Origin: Vicinamibacterales bacterium
GTDB lineage: Bacteria; Acidobacteriota; Vicinamibacteria; Vicinamibacterales; UBA2999
Assembly (NCBI GenBank): GCA_964202965.1
Contig: CAXNKG010000010.1
Span: forward strand, 6,190-70,189
Length of the DNA stretch: 64,000 nt
Direction of reading: 5' to 3'
The position numbers were made by a program, and so were the translations under genes. A model generated the notes under the pieces. The model worked only from the letters and a program-made list of their open reading frames with translations. It had not been told where the DNA came from and ran no database searches. Below, piece by piece: positions 9,352-17,130 of the stretch; the first letter of the stretch is position 1, and every line of letters begins with the position of its first letter.

Positions 9352-10039
9352 GCGGATTGGCTCGCTCGATCACACCGAGCGCGCGAGGCCCGACGTTGAA
9401 CAGCAGGTCAACCGCCGAGAGCTGCGGGACGAATGGCTCATAGCGCTGGGCGTATGTCGGATGAACGAACTCGTGATAGCCAACGTCGATGCCAGCCTTC
9501 GCGAACGGTTCTTCGTCGAGATACTCACGTCCAGAAACACCGGACAGATACGTACTCGCGCCGACAGTGACGCAAATCGCGGCCAGCAGCTCACTGCGTT
9601 GTCCCGCGATGGGCAGTGCTGACGCCCGAACGAGCGTACGGCGGAGCCCAAACGCCCCCAACATCCATTCGATGACAGCCACGTTGAAATCAACGAGATG
9701 GCGCCATGCCTCGCCGTATAGGCGTTCGAGCGGCGCACAGACCTGGTCAAAGTGCGCAACAGCCGCGTAGTGCTGCTGGAGACTCCGCAGGTGCTTCCGG
9801 CGCCAATCGGTGGCGTCGTCGATCTCGACCTGGTCTATTCGCTGACCGAAGCGTCCGGTCGTTCGGACGGGAACGGTCAGCCAACTCCACCCCTCGGCGG
9901 TCCTGATGCGATTGCGGTTCTGAAAATAATGCTTCTCGTACTGGACTGAATCGAGCAGAACCGTCACGTCGGCCTGGCGAATCTTGTCAATCAGACCAAG
10001 CCACGGAAGAAACTCCGGCTGGTGAATCGTGACGATCAC
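9320..10039 (-). CDS. WbqC family protein (function unknown, glycan-locus associated)
   Basis: 239 aa. MIVTIHQPEFLPWLGLIDKIRQADVTVLLDSVQYEKHYFQNRNRI matches the WbqC-like family N-terminus as I remember it. GTG start at 10039. Confidence 0.8.
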   Translation of the reverse strand: MIVTIHQPEFLPWLGLIDKIRQADVTVLLDSVQYEKHYFQNRNRIRTAEGWSWLTVPVRTTGRFGQRIDQVEIDDATDWRRKHLRSLQQHYAAVAHFDQVCAPLERLYGEAWRHLVDFNVAVIEWMLGAFGLRRTLVRASALPIAGQRSELLAAICVTVGASTYLSGVSGREYLDEEPFAKAGIDVGYHEFVHPTYAQRYEPFVPQLSAVDLLFNVGPRALGVIERANPHAATARCDEL

Positions 10040-10048
10040 TCTAGGTGA

Positions 10049-11128
10049 TCACTGCCCCACGACGTCCGGTCTGTTGATCATGGACTCGATTGTGATGACC
10101 CGTCCATCGACCTGAGCGGTGACCGGCTGCGACGCGCGCGGCAGGAAACACTCGGCGCAGGCAGTGTAACGTTGAACACCGACGTGGGCGAGGTGCGCGC
10201 GTCGTGCGGCGCGCAGGGACTCGCCATTCCAGATGGCATGTACGCTCTCGTGATTCACGTCCCCGATGATGTGATGGGACATCTCATCGTGGATGCACAG
10301 TGACACCTTTCCGTCGGCGCCAACCGCGAGACGTTGCCACAGAACGGGGCAGGTGAAACGCTCCCGGTAGACAATCGTCGAATCGTTCCGCAGGTAGTCG
10401 AGCAGGGGATTGACGGCCACCTGATCGACAATGCCCCGGAAGGTTTCATAGAAGGCCTGCGGATTCTCCTTGACGGCCGGCCACACGCCCTGGATCTTCA
10501 CGACCGGCTTGACTGCGCGTTTGCGTCGTTTGATCTCGTCGAACGATCGGATCTTCGCGACCGCATCCTCGAATACGGCAGGATGCCGGATGCGATTATA
10601 GGTCTCGCCCATCCCGTCGAACGAGATCGTCAACCAATCAAGCCCGATGTCGACCAGTTCCTCGAACATGGCCGGCGTGAGCCGCAGCGCGTTGGTGAGC
10701 GTCGAGACTTCCTTAATCCCGCGGCGCTTGGCGTAGCGCGCCATTTCGACAAAATGGGGATTCAAGGTGGGCTCGCCCCGCCAGCTCAATCGGATCGAGA
10801 ACGCGCCATGGTCCACGCATTCGTCCACAATCTTCTTGAACAAGTCCAGCTTCATGTACGTGAGCTTCACGTTCTGTTTGAACTCGTCGGTGATCGTGAA
10901 GCACATCGGGCACTTCATGTTGCAGGCGCTGCTGGCCTCGATGTCGACGTGGTCGGGAAAATCCGGAAGCGCGTGCAGTCGAGGGTAGATGTGCCACTTC
11001 ACGCGGTTCCACCCGTAGCGCAGCAGATGTCCCTTGCCGCGCAACAGCGCAAATCTGACGGACTCGGCAGCCGAACCGAGGTACGTCTGGTCGTTGTCCC
11101 GATAGTCCGAGCGGAGCCAGCCGAACAA
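10049..11128 (-). CDS. radical SAM enzyme with Cys-rich SPASM/twitch-like C-terminal domain
   Basis: 359 aa. DIEASSACNMKCPMCF is the CxxxCxxC motif. C-terminal FTCPVLWQRLAVGADGKVSLCIHD ... YTACAECF. TTG start at 11128 directly follows the TAA of the upstream gene. Confidence 0.85.
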   Translation of the reverse strand: MFGWLRSDYRDNDQTYLGSAAESVRFALLRGKGHLLRYGWNRVKWHIYPRLHALPDFPDHVDIEASSACNMKCPMCFTITDEFKQNVKLTYMKLDLFKKIVDECVDHGAFSIRLSWRGEPTLNPHFVEMARYAKRRGIKEVSTLTNALRLTPAMFEELVDIGLDWLTISFDGMGETYNRIRHPAVFEDAVAKIRSFDEIKRRKRAVKPVVKIQGVWPAVKENPQAFYETFRGIVDQVAVNPLLDYLRNDSTIVYRERFTCPVLWQRLAVGADGKVSLCIHDEMSHHIIGDVNHESVHAIWNGESLRAARRAHLAHVGVQRYTACAECFLPRASQPVTAQVDGRVITIESMINRPDVVGQ

Positions 11129-12082
11129 TTACACTCCCGTTCCAGCCGTCATAAAGCCTTCGATTCGGCGCTGGGCGTCGTTGCGGCGCTCCTGTCGCGA
11201 GCGGTACCAGTCGACATAACGGCGAACGCCTTCTTCGAGCGGCGTCGTGGCCCGCCATCCGAGCTCGCGCTCAGCGCGAGCGCTGGAAATGACTTTGCCG
11301 GAGAAGTCCCCCGGACGTGCCGTGCCGAACTCGATCGTGACGTTGCCGACCAGCCGCTGCACCGTCTCGGCGACCTGGCGAATCGTGATCTTCTCGGTTC
11401 CGTCCAGGTTGTAGACCTTGTTCCGGCCCACCTCGCGCAGGGCGAGCACGTTCGCTTCGGCAAGGTCCTCCACGTACACGAACTGCCGAAATTGTAGGCC
11501 GTCGCCGGAGATCTTGATCGGTCCGCCTTCAACCGCCTGTCGCACGAAGGCAGGGATGACGGCGCGATCCCGGCCACGCGGTCCGTATGGAATGCCGTAG
11601 CGGAGAATCGTGACCGGCAGTTCGTACAGGCGGCTGTACGACTGGCAGTAGTATTCGCCCGCCAGCTTCGTTGCGGTGTACAGGTGTGACGGCGCGAGCA
11701 ACGGAGTGTCTTCGTCAATCGTGCCGGCATGCGTGTCGCCGTACACCCAGGTCGTACTTCCGTACACCACACGTTCGAGCTTCGAGCGGCGCGCGGCCTC
11801 GAGGACATTGATCGTGCCACGGACATTGATGCTCTCCGCATAATGCGGCTCGGCGAACACATCGTTCACGTCGGCAACCGCGGCAAGGTGAAATACAGCG
11901 TCTATGCTGTGCATCGCCATCCGCATCGCTTCGAGGTCGAGCAGGCTACCATGATAGAACTCCACATCGCGGCGCTCCGGCACGACCATGTCGAACACGC
12001 GAACCTCGAATCCCTTGTCGCGAAGCTTGTCCACGACGTGCGATCCGATAAAGCCTGAACCCCCAGTGACTAGAACTTTCAT
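11129..12082 (-). CDS. NAD-dependent nucleotide-sugar epimerase/dehydratase (extended SDR)
   Basis: MKVLVTGGSGFIGSHVVDKL Rossmann motif and YTATKLAGE (YxxxK). Start is ATG 12082-12080, overlapping the upstream TGA as ATGA. The 21 codons upstream in the track ORF lie inside the neighbouring gene. Confidence 0.85.
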   Translation of the reverse strand: MKVLVTGGSGFIGSHVVDKLRDKGFEVRVFDMVVPERRDVEFYHGSLLDLEAMRMAMHSIDAVFHLAAVADVNDVFAEPHYAESINVRGTINVLEAARRSKLERVVYGSTTWVYGDTHAGTIDEDTPLLAPSHLYTATKLAGEYYCQSYSRLYELPVTILRYGIPYGPRGRDRAVIPAFVRQAVEGGPIKISGDGLQFRQFVYVEDLAEANVLALREVGRNKVYNLDGTEKITIRQVAETVQRLVGNVTIEFGTARPGDFSGKVISSARAERELGWRATTPLEEGVRRYVDWYRSRQERRNDAQRRIEGFMTAGTGV

Positions 12083-13104
12083 ACCGTGACACGCTCCCGA
12101 AGGTTGTCGGGGTGCACCGCAGGGTTGTAATAGAGCGGCACACACCAGTGATTACGGCTGACCCATTCGGCGTTCGGGAACTCGCCTTCCCTTCCCATCG
12201 TCCGATGACACAGTTCCTCGTAGACCTTGCCGGTGGATTTCTCAATCGGCTCGAAGACGACGTATTTGTACAACCCTGAAATCATCCCTTCCGGGAAACG
12301 AACCCTGTTGGGGAATCGGTCATCAAGGTACTGCCGGGCGACCTCATTTTTCCATTCGACAACGGCCGGCATCCGGTCCACCTGCACGACGCCGAGCGCG
12401 GCGGTGAATTCCGACATGCGGTAGTTGAGCCCCACGACCGTGTAACCCGGCTTGCCGTAGTCGCGAAACTGGCGCGCGAATTCGATGAGTCCGGGGTGCG
12501 TGGAAACGAGCATTCCACCTTCGCCGGTCGAAACCGTCTTCGTAGCGTAGAACGAATAAACGCCGGCGTCACCGTACGTGCCTGGCTTACGGCCGTTCCA
12601 CGACGCCCCATGCGCGTGAGCGCAGTCCTCGAGCAATATGATTTTGCGCGAGCGGCAGAACTCCGCGATGCGGAGAGTATCGAAGGCAATGTGTCCGCCG
12701 ATGTGCACGAGCCACACCGCGGCGAGCTCGTGTTGCTCGGCCGCAGCGACAACAGCCTCGTAGCTGAGGCACAGATCGGTGCGGTTGCAATCCGCAAAGA
12801 CGACATCGCCGCCGCCCTGTTGAATGGCAGAAGGCGTCGCCATGAACGTATTTGTGGGACACAACACTTTCTTGTCCCGCAGGTCGAAGTACTCCATGCA
12901 GGCGAGCGCCCCGCCAGCCCAGTTCGCGAACGCGACGGACGGCGCGTCATTCCAGGCCGCCCACTTCTCCTCGAACAACTGCGTGAATCTGGAATGCGAC
13001 CACTTCTGATTGACGAAAATCTCGTTCCAGTATTTGAATACACGCTCTTTGTCGCGCTCATCGAAGCCTATTTTGAATGTCTGATAATCCACGTCGATCC
13101 TCAC
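12079..13104 (-). CDS. DegT-family PLP-dependent aminotransferase/dehydratase
   Basis: 341 aa. VLCPTNTFMATPSAIQQGGGDVVFADC, LLEDCAHAHGA, YSFYATKTVSTGEGGMLVS (PLP-Lys motif). GTG start at 13104, 3 nt after the upstream TAA. Confidence 0.8.
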   Translation of the reverse strand: MRIDVDYQTFKIGFDERDKERVFKYWNEIFVNQKWSHSRFTQLFEEKWAAWNDAPSVAFANWAGGALACMEYFDLRDKKVLCPTNTFMATPSAIQQGGGDVVFADCNRTDLCLSYEAVVAAAEQHELAAVWLVHIGGHIAFDTLRIAEFCRSRKIILLEDCAHAHGASWNGRKPGTYGDAGVYSFYATKTVSTGEGGMLVSTHPGLIEFARQFRDYGKPGYTVVGLNYRMSEFTAALGVVQVDRMPAVVEWKNEVARQYLDDRFPNRVRFPEGMISGLYKYVVFEPIEKSTGKVYEELCHRTMGREGEFPNAEWVSRNHWCVPLYYNPAVHPDNLRERVTV

Positions 13105-13107
13105 GAT

Positions 13108-14949
13108 TTATAACCACCCTCTCGAGCGATAGAACACGATGGCGGCATACTCCCAGGCAATTCCGCGGAACTGCTCGAGGCTCGCGCCACGGCCGTGCGA
13201 ATAGTACTGGCTTTGCGGAACAGGGGTGCCGGCGACGTTGATATCCGGCGCCTGCTTGCGCCACGTCAGAAGCGCCCGCCGCATGTGGTACGGAGAACTT
13301 ACCAGCAGAACATCGCGAGCGCCATACCGGCGCGCGAGGTCGCGCGCGTAGATCACGCTCTGGTACGTGTTGGCGGCTCGCTCTTCGAGAATGATCGCGT
13401 CAGCCGGAACACCGAGGTCAATCGCGAGGCCTCGCATGATGTCCGCTTCCTTGAACGCGTAGACAAAACCCGAGGAGAAGACCACCCGGGGAGCATAGCC
13501 GGCCTGATACAGATCGACGGCCTGCTTGACCCGCTCCTGATATCCTCCGCCCGCCTGCGCGGACTCGCCGGCGCCTCCGGCGAACACAACGATGGCATCC
13601 GCTTTCTGTGGCGTGTCAACGATGCGGAGTGGCTCCGCTATGACCCAGAGCAGAGGCGTCTGAAAGAGCAGCAAGTACACGACCGCGGCGCCCGCCGCGG
13701 TCCGCATGGCCCGACCACGGGCCGCGCGGTACACGCGACGCAGCTTCTTGTCCCAACGCTCCCGATGCTCCCGGCGCTCGGCCAACGCGTTCTCGATGAG
13801 ACCGGTCATCGCCGCAACCCGCGCATCCCAGCTGTGCGCGCGCGCCACCGCGATGCGCTTCTCAACCTCCGACGCCTCATGCCCCTGCATGGCGCGCTGA
13901 ATCGCGCTGGCGAACGCCTCGGGATCATCCGCAATGGCGGCGACGTCACCGTGCGCCCGGTTGAACTGCGTGATGTCCGGCAAGCCGGTCGACACCACTG
14001 GCTTGCCCATCGCCAGATATTCGTTCAGCTTGGTCGGAAACACGTTGGTCGTGTAGTCACTGAACACGTAAGGGATGATCCCGACGTCAAATCCCTTGAT
14101 GTACCCGGGAAGCTCGTCATGAGGGCGGGCACCGAGCAGCCGCACGTTTGGCTCGCGTTCCAGCAGCGACACATCGCATTGCTGCGGCCCGAGGAACACG
14201 AAGGTCGCATCCGGCAGGCGCCGAGCGGCCGCAACGGCCAGTGGCTGATCCACCCACCGGTGGAGACCCCCGACGTAGCCGACGATCGGACGCGGAATAG
14301 CTTTCAGCTCATCCGGGATGCCATCGCTCGAGGTTCGAATGGCCTCGAAGTGGGTGAAGTTGACCCCGAAGGGAAACACGTCAACCTGATCCCGAAAGCG
14401 GCGCACGCGTTCGCGAAACTGCTCTGACTGGACGAACACCAGGTCGGCGTCCCGGAACAGGCGGTGCTCGGTGCGACGGATGTTCCGGGCGCCAGACGAA
14501 CTGGCAACGAAGTCAGCAATGCAGTAGTAGACGACCAGCTCCGGGTCGACACCCCTGATCAGATCCAGCGCAAGTGGCGTCGGCAGGAACGTCCACACCA
14601 ACGGGCGACCGCTGCCCATGGCGCTCATCCATCGGCGTAGGGCGCGCACGATGATGAATCGATTGATCCACCGGGCTATCCTGGAGTACGGGAAGGGCAG
14701 CACGAGCGGCGAATAGACGAACAGGTTTTCGCGCTCCTGCCTGAACCCCTTGGTACCGCGCCACCAGTTCCGTATCCGCTGCCGAAGCCTGGGGACATCC
14801 CGGAGCGTCGGCCGCCGCGCGCCCGTGTTCTCGATGAAGAGGACGTTGTTGCCCTGGGCGGCGAACATGGACATGATCTGCTGGTGACCCTGCCAGTTGA
14901 AGTCCCAGTCGATCGACGAGATGCAGAGTACGGTCTGCCCCTTCAGCAT
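13108..14949 (-). CDS. fusion protein: TuaH-like family 1/4 glycosyltransferase + TM segment + DUF218 (YdcF/ElyC/SanA-like) domain
   Basis: N-terminal VLCISSIDWDFNWQGHQQIMSMFAAQGNNVLFIEN and GYVGGLHRWVD...GKPVVSTGL are GT-B type. A hydrophobic AAVVYLLLFQTPLLWVIAEPL follows. The C-terminal part has DAIVVFAGGAGES...VVFSSG...LLVSSPYHMRRA (DUF218). Start is ATG 14949, overlapping the regulator stop as TAATG. Confidence 0.8.
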   Translation of the reverse strand: MLKGQTVLCISSIDWDFNWQGHQQIMSMFAAQGNNVLFIENTGARRPTLRDVPRLRQRIRNWWRGTKGFRQERENLFVYSPLVLPFPYSRIARWINRFIIVRALRRWMSAMGSGRPLVWTFLPTPLALDLIRGVDPELVVYYCIADFVASSSGARNIRRTEHRLFRDADLVFVQSEQFRERVRRFRDQVDVFPFGVNFTHFEAIRTSSDGIPDELKAIPRPIVGYVGGLHRWVDQPLAVAAARRLPDATFVFLGPQQCDVSLLEREPNVRLLGARPHDELPGYIKGFDVGIIPYVFSDYTTNVFPTKLNEYLAMGKPVVSTGLPDITQFNRAHGDVAAIADDPEAFASAIQRAMQGHEASEVEKRIAVARAHSWDARVAAMTGLIENALAERREHRERWDKKLRRVYRAARGRAMRTAAGAAVVYLLLFQTPLLWVIAEPLRIVDTPQKADAIVVFAGGAGESAQAGGGYQERVKQAVDLYQAGYAPRVVFSSGFVYAFKEADIMRGLAIDLGVPADAIILEERAANTYQSVIYARDLARRYGARDVLLVSSPYHMRRALLTWRKQAPDINVAGTPVPQSQYYSHGRGASLEQFRGIAWEYAAIVFYRSRGWL

Positions 14950-15581
14950 TACAGGCAATACACCTTGCTCGGCGGTATGCCGCGCGCGCTGATCCGCGCC
15001 TGAATGGCCTCGCTATGGCGCAGACTGGCCACGATTACATGAGAGTACGTCGTCCCATTCAGGCCGTCGGGCGACAGGCATGCGGGATCGAAAATCTCGA
15101 CATCGAAGAACCGGCCACGGCGGCGGTCGTCGACGACGCCCAATAAAGTGAGATCGGTCCTTTGAAGGCTGACGTATGCGATCTCGGCGACGTCGCCCGC
15201 GCCGTAGAACACCACCCGCTTCTGGCCCGAGCCATCCGCCGGACAGCAGTCCGAGACAGCCGTGAGGCTCGCCCGGATCTGTTCGCGCGTCTGGGTGTAC
15301 AAGTGCACAGTGTTTTCGAGGGAATACCGTGTGGCCCGAGCCAGCGCCTCCAACCCCCCCGGAGTCATCAGATACCGGACGTGCCGGGTGCCCAACCCGG
15401 TCATCTTGACGTAGCCCTTCCCCACGAGCCGGCGAACGAGCAGATTCGTGAGGCCCAGGGCGACCCCCAGTTCGTTCGAGAGCGATCGCTGGGTGACCCG
15501 GGACCCCGAGGCGATAGCCTGGAGAATTCGCCGGTCAAGTTCGCGTTCAGGAAGGGACAAGGTACGCTTCGCGCCTCTCAC
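14949..15581 (-). CDS. winged-helix (MarR-like) transcriptional regulator with C-terminal Rossmann-like domain
   Basis: 210 aa. RILQAIASGSRVTQRSLSNELGVALGLTNLLVRRLVGKGYVKM is wHTH-like. The C-terminal RVVFYGAGDVAEIAYVSLQRTDLTLLGVVDD resembles the GxGxxG...GflDD segment of NeuD/PglD and WbaP-type N-terminal domains. First gene of the operon, GTG start at 15581. Confidence 0.7.
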   Translation of the reverse strand: MRGAKRTLSLPERELDRRILQAIASGSRVTQRSLSNELGVALGLTNLLVRRLVGKGYVKMTGLGTRHVRYLMTPGGLEALARATRYSLENTVHLYTQTREQIRASLTAVSDCCPADGSGQKRVVFYGAGDVAEIAYVSLQRTDLTLLGVVDDRRRGRFFDVEIFDPACLSPDGLNGTTYSHVIVASLRHSEAIQARISARGIPPSKVYCL

Positions 15582-15634
15582 TTACAGCCGGCGCGGAAAA
15601 ACCTTGGCGGCCGCAAGCGTGGAAAGGCGCTGAC

Positions 15635-15651
15635 CGTTCAGAAAGTGAACG
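15635..15651. promoter_or_regulatory. 17 bp palindrome CGTTCA-GAAAG-TGAACG, candidate operator
   Basis: Perfect 6 bp inverted repeat with a 5 nt centre, 2 nt downstream of the candidate -10 and 54 nt upstream of the regulator start codon. Confidence 0.3.
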
Positions 15652-15653
15652 AT

Positions 15654-15685
15654 CTATTAGGACGCGTTCGGGCCGAAGTTGTCAA
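15654..15685 (-). promoter_or_regulatory. candidate sigma70-type promoter of the nonulosonic acid operon
   Basis: Minus strand reads TTGACA (15685-15680), an 18-20 nt spacer, then CCTAAT/TAATAG (15661-15654). No transcript data. Confidence 0.3.
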
Positions 15686-15745
15686 CGATTTCAGGCGTGG
15701 CGAACATAAGGTGAAGAGGCGTGGTCCTCACTTAGACTACTGGCG

Positions 15746-17092
15746 ATGTCGCTGTGGCAGCGGTTCTCGATTCCCGTCCTCGCGTCGGCGATCCTTATTT
15801 GCCACTTTGCGCTCAGCTTTGCGCTGATTCCACCCTGGCAGCAGCCCGACGAACCCACCTTCGTCGCTTGGGCCGAATGGCAGCGGGCGCAGGTCATCGA
15901 AGCCACTCCCGGTCCGGACCCGGGCCGGGAAGGCGAAATCATCCACTCGATGGCCCGATACGACTGGTGGCAGCACCGACGGGTGAACGGTCAACCCCCT
16001 GATCCGTTGCCCAAAGATTTCAATGTTACCGGCTCCGGGACGCCCGCCAGCACACCAGGCCGGCCACCCGGCTTCCCTTTGATCGCGGGCGGATACCTTA
16101 CGGCATTTCCGCAATTGTCGATTGATGCCGACCTCTACCTCTTGCGAGCAATGTCGGCGCTCATCGGAGTCCTGACCTTGTGGATGGCCTGGCTGGCTGC
16201 GCGTGAAAGCCTTGGCCCCCTGGGCGGGGCCACGGTCGCCGCGCTGCTGGCTCTGCATCCCCAATTCAGCATCGTCAGCACGTCCGCGGCATCCGACGCC
16301 GTGGCGAACCTGCTCACCGCGTGCGCGTGGTGGCAAATCACGCGGATCGTCAAAGGCCGAACGGTGGCGATGTCCGTTGCGGTGATGTGGTGCGCCATTC
16401 TTGCCGCGGCGCTTGTCGATCGCATGGCGCTCCCGGTCGTTGCCACTGCGGGGCTCGCATCGCTCGTCGCGCTCTGGGCGCGTCTGGGCGTGGTCCGTGC
16501 ACCGCTGGTGATGGTCGTGCTCACTGCCCTGCTGACGGTTGCTGCGTGGAACGCGCCGTGGGCGCCCGGGATCCTCCAGGAATCGCTCCAGTCGTATCAG
16601 TGGGGCCGGTTGTTCTCGGTGAGCTTCGCCCCGGCCGTGTTGAGCTGGGATCTCTTTGCCGGCTTCACGGCGTTCATGCATCGAAGCTGGTGGTTCTCTC
16701 TGGGGTGGGGGCGCTACGCTCCTCCGTCCTGGTGGATAGGACCGCTGACCGTACTGACGCTGGTCACGGCGTGCGGCATCGGGCGGCAGCTGTTCGCGAG
16801 AACCGCCGCCGACCGGAGCACCCGCACGATCATTGTGCTGGCGCTGGTGACCCTGGCCGTCCAGGTGTGGGCCGTCTACTGGATGTACTACCGCTTCGCC
16901 AATGGCTCACAGGGAAAATCCCTGTTTCCGGCCCTGGTGCCAACGTTGCTCCTCCTGTGGGTAGGAGTGGCCGCATGGGTCCCGGAGCGGTACCGAGCCA
17001 CGGCGGCCGTTGCGCTCGTCGCGGTTCTTGCGCTGTTCGATCTGTCGGTCTGGACGCTGGTCGCGATCCCTGCCTACTATGCCAGCTTCTGA
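15746..17092 (+). CDS. polytopic integral membrane protein, possible GT-C-type glycosyltransferase
   Basis: 448 aa with more than 10 hydrophobic segments. The first loop, IPPWQQPDEPTFVAWAEW, has an acidic PDE motif as in DUF2142/PMT-like proteins (from memory). ATG 15746 is preceded by TAGACT 7 nt upstream. Confidence 0.7.
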   Translation: MSLWQRFSIPVLASAILICHFALSFALIPPWQQPDEPTFVAWAEWQRAQVIEATPGPDPGREGEIIHSMARYDWWQHRRVNGQPPDPLPKDFNVTGSGTPASTPGRPPGFPLIAGGYLTAFPQLSIDADLYLLRAMSALIGVLTLWMAWLAARESLGPLGGATVAALLALHPQFSIVSTSAASDAVANLLTACAWWQITRIVKGRTVAMSVAVMWCAILAAALVDRMALPVVATAGLASLVALWARLGVVRAPLVMVVLTALLTVAAWNAPWAPGILQESLQSYQWGRLFSVSFAPAVLSWDLFAGFTAFMHRSWWFSLGWGRYAPPSWWIGPLTVLTLVTACGIGRQLFARTAADRSTRTIIVLALVTLAVQVWAVYWMYYRFANGSQGKSLFPALVPTLLLLWVGVAAWVPERYRATAAVALVAVLALFDLSVWTLVAIPAYYASF

Positions 17093-17122
17093 CGCAAAGC
17101 TTCTGAGGCAAAGTCTTTGACG
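17086..17122. repeat. 14 nt tandem repeat CTTCTGA(C/G)GCAAAG x2 plus partial TCTTTGACG
   Basis: Read directly: 17086-17099 and 17100-17113 differ at one base. It spans the stop codon of 15746-17092 and fills most of the 38 nt gap between convergent genes. Confidence 0.85.
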
Positions 17123-17130
17123 ATGCCGCC

